Assembly: GCF_032191835.1 (NCBI RefSeq)
Contig: NC_083224.1
Location: forward strand, 58,094,001-58,158,000
DNA: 64,000 nt
Source of the DNA: Heteronotia binoei
Taxonomy: Eukaryota
Direction of reading: 5' to 3'
Part shown: positions 48,784 through 57,980 of the stretch, piece after piece
Position numbering within the stretch: position 1 is the stretch's first letter
Layout: every line of letters starts with the position of its first letter
Position numbers and translations under genes: made by a program
Notes under the pieces: model-generated
What the model saw: only the letters and a program-made list of their open reading frames with translations
Told to the model about the DNA's origin: nothing
The model's database searches: none

Positions 48784-48907
48784 ACATCTTGATTACATTA
48801 ATGTAATGGCCTACAATTTCCATGATGGTTTTTCTGACACAGTGACAGGGCACAACAGTCCCTTGTTTGCAGGTGATCACTCTGAGGAAAGCCTGCATTC
48901 CAGCTGT
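48784..48907 (+). CDS. Novel chitinase-like gene, coding exon 11 (HLDYINVMAYNFHDGFSDTVTGHNSPLF...)
   Basis: 124 bp, phase 2-0; LDY..VM.Y and TGHNSPL GH18 motifs. Confidence 0.95.
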
Positions 48908-49002
48908 GTAAGAACATGGAACATTACTTATTTTCATAATCATCAGACAAGTGTTTGAAGATGAGCCACAGATATATGGTTTTCTTTCTGTCTTTCCTGC
49001 AG

Positions 49003-49185
49003 AAGTTTGCCATGCTGTACTGGATCCAAAAAGGTGCTCCTGCTTACAAACTCATTATGGGATTTGCCAACTATGGACATACCTTCAAGCTTAGCACCAG
49101 GAACACATCAGTGGGTGCCCCTGTCTCTGGACCTGCCCATCCAGGACGTTATACTTTTGAGGCTGGATTCCTGTCATACTATGAG
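49003..49185 (+). CDS. Novel chitinase-like gene, coding exon 12 (KFAMLYWIQKGAPAYKLIMGFANYGHTFKL...GFLSYYE)
   Basis: 183 bp, phase 0-0; YW...GAP..KL.MGF..YG motif. Confidence 0.95.
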
Positions 49186-50194
49186 GTGTAAAGAAATGGT
49201 GAAAACAAGAAGCTCTCTGCTTCTTAGCTTTCCTATGGCTTACCTAACCTATTTTTACCCCCAAGTCAGATGTTTAATTCAACATATGGTAGCTCAAAAC
49301 AATATGTTGGCATTGTTTAAATTTTGATGTGTTGCCATTTCTGTTCTCAACAGAAAAAACTATACTCAGTCAGCAGCCATATTTCTAGTAGGGTCCATAT
49401 GGTATAGTGGTTAGAGTACTGGACTACAATCTTGGAGACTCTAGGTTTGAATCCCACCTCTGCCATGGAAGCTTGCCTAACTTATCTCATTGGGTTGCTG
49501 AGTGGAGGAGGGAAGAATGTTGTAAGCCACTTTGGATCTTCATGGGGAAGAAAAGTGGGGTATCAAATAAATAAAAGTAATTTCTTGAAACAGAGCTGTA
49601 GCTGGGGAAGTAGGTTAGTATAGTCACAAAGTGCTTTTTCAATTACATCCTATGCAGATTCATGTTACTGTAATGGCAAAGCCTGGCTATAACTGGATAC
49701 ATTCTATGTGGGGCTGCCCTTACAACATGGAAACTGTAATTGGTGCAAAGTGCACTAGCTTGACTTCTGGCTGGACCTGTCCAATTTGTGCATATAGCAA
49801 CTCACAAAATTGCTAACTACATTGGCAATAGAGTGAGTGATTCTAGCAATCACAGTCTGAACAGCAACATAGCCTGATATCAATTTAAAGAGTTACCTTT
49901 ATTATTATTATTATTATTTTAAAAAACAGTATATTAAAGAAGCTCATGGCTTGTGTCAGTAGATAAGGGAAAGAGATATTTTACTTGAATCCCCATCATT
50001 GCTGGATTATCCAATGATGCATTTTGCTTGTAAGGCTGTCCCAATCCTCACAGAAGTTTCTGAACAAACAGCAGGCTGCTTAAGGAGATGGTAAGGGAGG
50101 AAAAATCCATTCTGCCAACAGCTTCCATGAGCTCTTTCAGTGGATCCAACCTATATATTGCATCTCTGATGGCACTGTACTCAAGTGTTATGAT

Positions 50195-50392
50195 CAGGGC
50201 TTTTTTTGAGCAGAAATGCACAGGAACGCAGTTCCGGTTGGCTTGGTGTTGGGGGTGTAGCCTAAACATGCAAATATGTTCCTGCTGGGCTTTTCCTTCA
50301 AAAAAGCCCTGCGTGAAACAATTGTGATGCTAGGGGTGTGGCCTAATATGCAAATGAGTTCCTGGTGGGCTTTTTCTACAACAAAAGCCCTG
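50195..50392. mobile_element. hAT MITE (CAGGGCTTTTTTT family)
   Basis: TIRs plus perfect TSD gttatgat. Confidence 0.9.
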
Positions 50393-50449
50393 GTTATGAT
50401 ACACTGATAAAATCGCCAAAGTTTTTCTAATACCATGGTATGTTTGCAG

Positions 50450-50569
50450 ATCTGCAACTTTATAAAGGATGGTGCTACTGTTAAGTGGCTTGATGACCAG
50501 AAGGTTCCATATGCCTACAAAGGTTTTACCTGGGTTGGATATGACAACAAAAAGAGTTTTAGTTTCAAA
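50450..50569 (+). CDS. Novel chitinase-like gene, coding exon 13 (ICNFIKDGATVKWLDDQKVPYAYKGFTWVGYDNKKSFSFK)
   Basis: 120 bp, phase 0-0; Q.VPYAY...WVGYDN motif. Confidence 0.96.
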
Positions 50570-51427
50570 GTAAGGCCTAGTTTTCTCACCATGACCTTTT
50601 CTTTGCTTTAGCATCATGCTTCTCAAAGTGATCAGAATATATATATATATTCAAGGTGCTCCTACCACATTACTGAGAGTCATTCTTTATACCTATTCTG
50701 TGTTATTTGCAGCTCAATCATCCAGCAGTTTATTGTTTAGACAATCTTTGTTGTGAGAGGAGGGAAAAGAAGTAATCTGCTCTCTCTCACACAAATTCAG
50801 TATACATATATGCCATGCATTAAGATTTAATCTCTAGAGAAATGCATGAGAGACTAAATTTTTCAGAACTTTACTATACATGTGGATTAGAGGCCAGTAG
50901 CTCCTTAGAGACCAACCGGATTTTTGGGTATAAGCTTTTGAGAGTCAAAACTCCCTGCCTCAGATGCAAATACACATGCATGCATTGCAAACTAATACAT
51001 TTTTACAAAATGTACTTTTACAAAATGCAGATAAACATCTGCTCAAAAGGGAAGAAACAAGGACAAATTAAGCACCATCTTATATTAAAAAGAGGTATAA
51101 TAGTGTTTTTTTTTAATAATTTTATTTATTACTATTATCATTATTTTAGTAATGAAATTTTACTTGTTAAGATTTACAACCATTTATGGATAGTTTGGTT
51201 TGTTTTAACTCCTTTTCAATACGTATAGAAATCTCTATATGTATTTGTGCCATTGATTTTGTTATATTCTTGATGGTATACTTTATCTTAATAAATGTTT
51301 TAAATTTGGGGGGGGAGGGGTATAAAGAACCAGTAGTTGACCTGGTAAATATGCGAAGAGGGGTATATGAGATTTATGCACAGAATTTTTAAAAAATGGG
51401 ACTACCAACCATACCTATACAGCCAAG

Positions 51428-51740
51428 GCAGATTAAGGCATATGCCCTGTGGCACAGAGTGGTAAACTGCAGTACTGCAGTCCAAGCTCTGCTCATGACC
51501 TTAGTTCGATCCTGGCAGAAGCTGGGTTCAGGTAGCCAACTCAAGGTTGACTCAGTCTTCCATCCTTCCAAAGTTGGTAAAATGAGTACCCAGCTTGCTG
51601 GGAGGAAAGTGTAGATGACTGGGGAAGGCAATGGCAAACCACCCTGTTAAAAAGTCTGCCAAGAAAACGTCATGATGGGGATGTCACCCCATGGGTCAGT
51701 AACAACTTAGTGTTTGCACAGAGAACTAACCTTTTCCTCT
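51428..51740 (+). mobile_element. Sauria SINE
   Basis: tggcacagagtggtaaa head, ggttgactcagtcttccatccttcc core, ggcaatggcaaaccacc BovB-like tail. Confidence 0.85.
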
Positions 51741-52646
51741 TTTTACCCTCATACATTCAAACTTCCCAGTTGACATCCCTCAAAAGTATAATCTTAACAG
51801 GTGTGTCCTTATATAACAGGCCTGTTTCCTTGAAATAGTTTGATTTTTCTCTGTTAATAGTGAACAATTTGCATGGTTTTGGAGCTGAGTCTGCCTTGTT
51901 AAGTTTCCCACTTAAAAAAAAGTCTATGCCAAGAAAGGCAGAATTCTTCTTTCTGTCTGAATGATGCAATACAATAAATGTGCTTCTCTTAAATAGGGTG
52001 ATTACTGCCAGACCTTGGGTTGGATCTGGCAATCTCTCAGGAGAAGAGGCTGACAAGTACTCACTTGGGCTTTCCCCTTTGATCAACAACCATGTCCAAA
52101 CCCAGCAAAATTTTATTCCCAGGATCACGGAACCCAACTTTGGGTTGGGAGATTGCAGAAGGATGGGGTAGGGGGAGGTGACATTTCTCTCTCCTGCCTC
52201 TTCTATCAGTGAAACTCCACTGACTGAAAAAGCAGAAGGGAATGATTTTACTCCCCTCCCCACTGTAGCCTTCCAACCTGGATGGCTGTTATTCCAGGTA
52301 GTCCCATGACCTGGAAATAAACTTTGCTGACATTGGCTGCTGGGAGGAGAGGAGAGCTGAGAAGATTGGGGATTCCTGTATAGACCTTGCATTTGGTGTG
52401 TGTGCTGAATCCAACCCATTTTGGAGGATACAAAGAGTAAAGATCTGCACTTCCTGGTGTCTATAAATTCTATTTGGTCCTTTCTCTGGATCCTTAGGCC
52501 ATGCCTGAAATGGCTCCCAGACTTGCAAGCTTATTTTTTAAAACAAAAACTGAGATTCCCAAGATAGTCAATACAACTATCTGTGCTTGAGTGTTGCAAT
52601 TACAGAATCACAGAATTCACATTGCCTTGGTGGCTTTCACTTACAG

Positions 52647-52782
52647 GCCCGGTTTGTGAAGAAGCGCAAATTTGGTGGAGTCTCAATATGGGCCATGGAC
52701 CTGGATGACTTCAGAGGCACCTTCTGCAATGAAGGACCTTACCCTCTGACAAGGGAGCTGAAAAGACTGCTTGAGGGCAATG
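52647..52782 (+). CDS. Novel chitinase-like gene, coding exon 14 (ARFVKKRKFGGVSIWAMDLDDFRGTFCNEGPYPLTRELKRLLEGN)
   Basis: 136 bp, phase 0-1; FGG..IWA.DLDDF.G.FC..G.YPL motif. Confidence 0.96.
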
Positions 52783-54056
52783 GTGAGAGGATGCCTGGGA
52801 GACTTTTAAGGGAGTCAGAAAGAATGTCAAAGCAGTTGTTCCCATCCAGCATTTATGATGTTGTTAATTATTTAATATTGATAATCTGTCCAGCAAAAAA
52901 ACTCCACTTGAGCTGGCTCACAATCACAATCAAATCACATTTAGCCCTGCCCTTGCTTTGCTGCTGTGTTCTAATGAGGAAGATGTTTTGTATTATCATT
53001 AATCATTGCCTGATTTGTTTCACATCTGCTTACTGGCACATGCACCATGAACTTGGGCCAAATTATACAGCTATCAAACTGTCCGGTTATTTCACAGTGC
53101 ATGATCAGTCCCTTTGTATGCCTTATTCCATAAGTACTTACTATTAATCTTTACAATCTCATTTAGTACCAAATGATGCACCCAACCCTTTGCAACTGGG
53201 TACTTTCCTATTACAGATTGGATGCAGGTGAAAAAGAGTGCTTCTGGCAGGTTGCGTGATAGTGGCTCGAAGTCTTGAGGGGTCTCTGGCAGTCAGCCAG
53301 GCAGCAGCTATGGCTGGGCCAGTCAAAGAGTCATCAGGGGTACAGCACCCCAGGGACTAACATGTTACAATTATACTTCTTCATGCCCTTCTGATAAAGT
53401 ACCAGATCAGCACAGTAGGAAACAAGCTTCTGTATTTAGATGAATTAATTCTGTTCTTTTTTTGTAAAGGCTTAAAAGGAGCCCATAGGAAAGGAACTAC
53501 TGCTATGGATTTCATCTTAATTGCATTTTCTGCCAGCAGAAGGTGTTTTGCTGATCTCCCCCACTCCCACTTTGTTCCTCATGTTGTTGCAGAGGATTTC
53601 AGGAGGCATGGAAGGCTGCAATAGAAGGAGGGTCATCATAAAGTTCTCATCTTCGAATGCTGTTGCATAGGAGTCAAATTGCATAGGAGCCAAGCCTATA
53701 TATTTTACTAGAAACTCATTTCTATTCAATAATTAACTTCCAGCTCATGCAACAATTAACTTCCAGCCCAATTCTGAATATGTTTAGTGGGAAGTAAATG
53801 TCAATACATTCAGTTGGATTTACTTCCTGACAAAACTCACTTAGAATGGTTGCCTTTCTATCAGTTGCATATTATTCACAATATATCTGTATTGTTTTAC
53901 AACTGGATCATAATTGCTATAGCTTATGATACAGCTTATCACCCTTCCTGTGGCCACTGTTTTTTTTTATAACTGTAGTGGCCAACAGAAAGAGGTTAAG
54001 ATATTCTATTACTGTTATACAAGAAGTCAGTGATTGATCCTATACATATCTTTCAG

Positions 54057-54787
54057 TGTGCAGCGATGCTGGACATATCACGGTACAAGCAAAAACCCTT
54101 CGACCACCCACCACTCTTCAGACTTCTACCACCCTTCGACCATCTGCTCCTTTTCAAACTTATGCCACCCTTCAAACATCTGCTGTCCTTCGAACTTCTA
54201 CCACCCTTCGACCTTCTACCACCATGCGACCATCTACCACTCTTCAAGCTTCTACCACCACCCAACCGTTCACCACCATTCATACTTCTACCAGGCTTCA
54301 ACCGTTCACTGCCCTTCAAAATTCTACCACCCTTCAACTGTTTACCACCCTTCGACCACCCACCACCCTTCAAACTTCTACTGCCCTTCAACCACCCACC
54401 ACTTTTCAACCTTCTGCCACCCTTCAACCTTCAATAAGTTTTGGTAGAGGATTTTGCAGGGAAAAACCTGATGGCAATTACTCTTACCCATCTGACCCAC
54501 GTAAATACTTTATTTGTGCAAGCAAGACAGTATATATCAAGCTTTGTTCTCAGAACATGGTCTATGATGAATACCAAAAGGAATGTATGCGGTCTGTTTT
54601 GCCACCTGGTAATTTTTGTACACTTAAATATGATGGCTACTACCCTTACCCTGAGGATCAACAAAAATATTTTGTATGTGCTGAAGGGCAAACATGGATT
54701 CTGAATTGTCCAAAAGGTGAAGTATTCAGTAAAATCATCAGATGGTGCATAGTGTCACCAGATATTCTCACTGGGGATGGACTGTGA
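54057..54787 (+). CDS. Novel chitinase-like gene, last coding exon: Thr/Ser/Pro-rich hexapeptide repeats plus two CBM14 (peritrophin-A) domains
   Basis: tttcag acceptor gives phase-1 continuation GN|VCSD; FC...DG.Y.YP.D..KYF.C....C....F....C pattern twice; TGA at 54785-54787. Confidence 0.92.
54095..54436 (+). repeat. Coding minisatellite, 19 x 18-bp units (TL[RQ][PT][SP]T)
   Basis: Direct reading: acccttcgaccacccacc-like units in register. Confidence 0.92.
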
Positions 54788-54985
54788 ACTAGCGAGGATG
54801 ATAGCACTTACCCTTATCCTGGAGATCCAACTAAATATTAAATATGTTCTGGAGGGCAAATTCACCTCCATTAATTGTTTGGAACCAGTCACCTGCAAGT
54901 GCTTCATATTTGTGAGTAAAACAAATATTAACAGCCACTTCTTCTAATAGTAATTGTAGTTCCTCCCCTTCCCTTCAAATACAGC

Positions 54986-54991
54986 AATAAA
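54986..54991 (+). terminator. Candidate polyadenylation signal of the chitinase-like gene
   Basis: AATAAA about 200 bp downstream of the stop codon. Confidence 0.6.
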
Positions 54992-55429
54992 AACTATTAA
55001 CAGATGATGGGCATTCTGTTTCATTTTCTGAAAGCAGCTGGGGGCATTTCATTGAACTTTCCCCTCACATTGCATTGTATGTAGACCAGTGGAACTACTT
55101 CACAAATGAGTGAATATCAGCCACAGGGCTGGCCCTAGACTTCTGGCACCCTAGGCAAGCCTAGCTTCTGCCCTTCCCCCGCCCTGCACTGATAATGTCA
55201 CAAAGTCACACAGGGGTGCCCAGTTTGGTGCCCCCAGAAGACCTAGTTTGTTTACAACATCTACCCTCACATTTTTAAGATAACACAGCAATGCATACAC
55301 AGCAAAAAACAACTACCTCATCATCACTTGTTTCTTACTCAGAGGAAAGGCTGTGGAGCTCAGGTGTCATCTAGATTTCACACATTTCCTGTAACTTGAT
55401 TGTAAGATACAAGGACCTCATTTGCTCTT

Positions 55430-56770
55430 AAGGCTTCATAGCAGAATACATAGCTGGACCCTGCGTGAATCATGAAGGCAGAAAAAAAAGGCAGGGATTG
55501 CTTTATACTTAAAAAACTCCCCTGGTATAAGGAAAAGGTGGCAAACAAATCTGTGCCAGTTAAGGGGTCTCAACACATAGATGAGAAAGTGGTGCCATGA
55601 GAAAAGAGTTTAGATTTGCTAGGCACTGAGGAACTTTTTGGGACAAGCTAAACCTGTATAAAAGAGATGACCTTCACTTGAACTGAAGGAGAACCACAGT
55701 CTGAGTGCTTAATTTCAAAAAGGTGGCAGAGCAGTTTTTAAACTAACTGGGGGGTAAAAGCTGACAGGAGTTGGGGAGCCTCCAGTTTGGGACAACTCAC
55801 TCCAAAGGAACAGTAGTATAAACACTCAGGGTGCTATTAGTAGGAGCACAATAGAACTTGGAAGTGAAAGTAGGATGACAAAGGAGAAGAGCCAAAGGAA
55901 CCGAGGGCTGAAGGCAAGGAAATCTCTGGGCATAATCTCTATAGGCAGGAGAGGGAAGGAGGTGTTCAGGTTATTTATGATGCTTTGTATATCAAAGAGG
56001 TAATAGCTAAATAAGCTAGAAAACATTAGCAGAATGAACTATTTGACAGACTCATTATGGGTGGAGCTACTCGGCCCTAAGGATTACTTAAAAGTGGGGT
56101 TGTACTATTGACCACCTGATCAAACTCTTGAGATTCATCTTGAGCCAGATAAGGGAATAAAAGAGATGACTACAGCAGGTAATTTTGTGATACTAAGAGA
56201 TTTCAACTACCGTCCCATTGACTGGGTAAACATTTGCTCAAATCATGCTGTAGAAATTAGGTTCCTAGCCATCATAAATGACTCTGCACTGGATCAGCTG
56301 GTCACAGAGCCAACTCAAGAGCCTGTGATCTTGGATTAAGTAGGGCTTGAGACCTATGTAGATGTTGCACCAGTTGAGAAAAGTAACATTATTGTTTAGT
56401 ATTCCTGTCAATGGAAAGTTACCAAATATGATTGAAACAGTCATATTTCATTTCAAAAGATAGAGTTTTACAAAACTAGGGGACTAGTTAGAAGGAAGCT
56501 GAAGGGGAAACACAAGAAAGTCAAATCTGTAGAGGATGGCTGAAAGTTAATAATTACACTAGCAAATAGAAAATTTGAGCAGTGGGTTGCTAAAAGCATA
56601 AAGAGGAACAATAATGAATAATAAACATTTATTTAAATGTATCTGGAGCAGAAAACCAGCCAGAGCAACAGGCCTTTGGATGAACGAGGAACAGAAGGAC
56701 TGGTAAAAGGAGATGGTGGAGAGGCCAAATGAATACCTTGCATCTGTGTTTGCTGTGGGAAGTTTGGGCC
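55430..56770 (+). mobile_element. Old CR1 internal fragment (ORF1 esterase end to ORF2 endonuclease)
   Basis: Degenerate LYKRDDLHL and DFNY..IDW...QLV.EPT motifs with many stops; boundaries approximate. Confidence 0.6.
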
Positions 56771-57439
56771 AGGTCCCCACTGGCTAGAGCCCTGGGATGT
56801 ATGTTTTAGAGGTGTCCCAGGGCTGAGTTCAATGGCTAAGCCTGCCCCCCCCCCGCCCTTTATACTAGCAAGGCATTAGGTTAGAAAAGTCATTGTGTGA
56901 AATGAAACCATAGCTTTAGATAGATGGCATGTCAAAGGAGACAGCCCCTCAATCATGAGAGTTTATGATGCGGGATGTCTAAAAGATTATATTGGTGGTG
57001 CAGAGCTGTGTCAACTTCAGTTCCTTATTCTGAATTCCCATGTAGGTCTATGTTGGATAATGAACCTATAGCCAGAAAACCAGCTAACTATTACTCAAAA
57101 TGAAGATTAGGGTTTGTTCCAGTTACCATTAAAAAAAAAAAAAAAAAAGAGGATGGTTACAAGTATGTACGGTGATTTTTTAAAAAAAGTTATATAACAT
57201 TTTAGGACGGTCGTTTTACATTCAGCGTCGTCATCCTTTTGGTAACACAGTCTTTCAGAAAGTTGGAAGCCTCTCTCCATTCTAGAGGGAGATTCCTTTC
57301 TTCGCTCTGGCTCTGCTTGGCAAGCGAGAAAAAATCCTGGGCTCTAGGCGGGTTCCACTTTAATTTTTTTAGCCGTCGTCTTTAAACTGGCACTTCGCCC
57401 CCCTCTCACTGACTCGCTCCCTACGATCTCACTGGCACC

Positions 57440-57980
57440 CACGACGAACGGAGGAGGCTGGAGATCTGGGAACGGCGGCGCAGGAGTCAGGCAAGCTGCT
57501 CAGCATCTTCCCGCGCCCGGCCGTGCACGCGAGGCGAGGACAGAGCTGGGGGGGCCAGTCGTCCAGCGGTTCCCTCCGCGGCTGCGTTCAGCCACGCGTC
57601 CTCCCCTCGCCTTCCCTTCTTGGGAGAACACGAGGCGGCTGCCTCGGCTCGGATTTCTCCAGAGCCCGCCGGCGCTCGCTGCTGCCCGGACCCCCTCCCG
57701 CAAAGGCGGGCTTCTGTGAGACGCGCAGCGCCGCCGCCCGCCGCGATGGGAACCTGGGCCCTGGCCGGGATGGCGCTTTGCAGCCTGGCTGCTGTGGCGA
57801 CGCTAGGTAAGCGAGAGCGGCGGCTCCCTCCGCGCGGGGAAGAAGGGGAGCGGCTGAAAGGGACCACCCCACCGCAGCGGGCCTTCGCCGTCGGGGTAGC
57901 GTTTCCTTCGGGCCCTGCCTGCCCAGGAGGCAAAAGCCCCAGTCCCTTGGCGCCCCCTGGAGATGCAGGGGATGGAGAGT
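57440..57980. promoter_or_regulatory. CpG island at the 5' end of the downstream plus-strand gene
   Basis: Very GC- and CpG-rich stretch surrounding an ATG exon with a GTAAGC donor. Confidence 0.8.
57746..57806 (+). CDS. First coding exon of an unidentified secreted or membrane protein gene (MGTWALAGMALCSLAAVATL)
   Basis: gcgATGG Kozak in a CpG island, hydrophobic 20-mer, AG|GTAAGC phase-1 donor. Confidence 0.7.

Noticed and set aside
53217-53278. Alternative terminal exon (DWMQVKKSASGRLRDSGSKS*) giving a CBM-less isoform
   Set aside because: Plausible acceptor and phase, but no homology or nearby poly(A) signal seen; unsupported without RNA data.
54053-54427. Antisense ORF of KGGRRL-like repeats and the overlapping plus-strand ORFs 54030/54034
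   Set aside because: By-products of the 18-bp coding repeat in other frames.
44350-54787. Calling the GH18 gene an ordinary active acidic mammalian chitinase (CHIA)
   Set aside because: Catalytic Glu and Asp are replaced (DGIELHFK) and the N- and C-terminal architecture differs; orthology is unproven, so no symbol is assigned.
26015-54787. Chitinase pseudogene
   Set aside because: All 15 exons splice in frame with no premature stop or frameshift.
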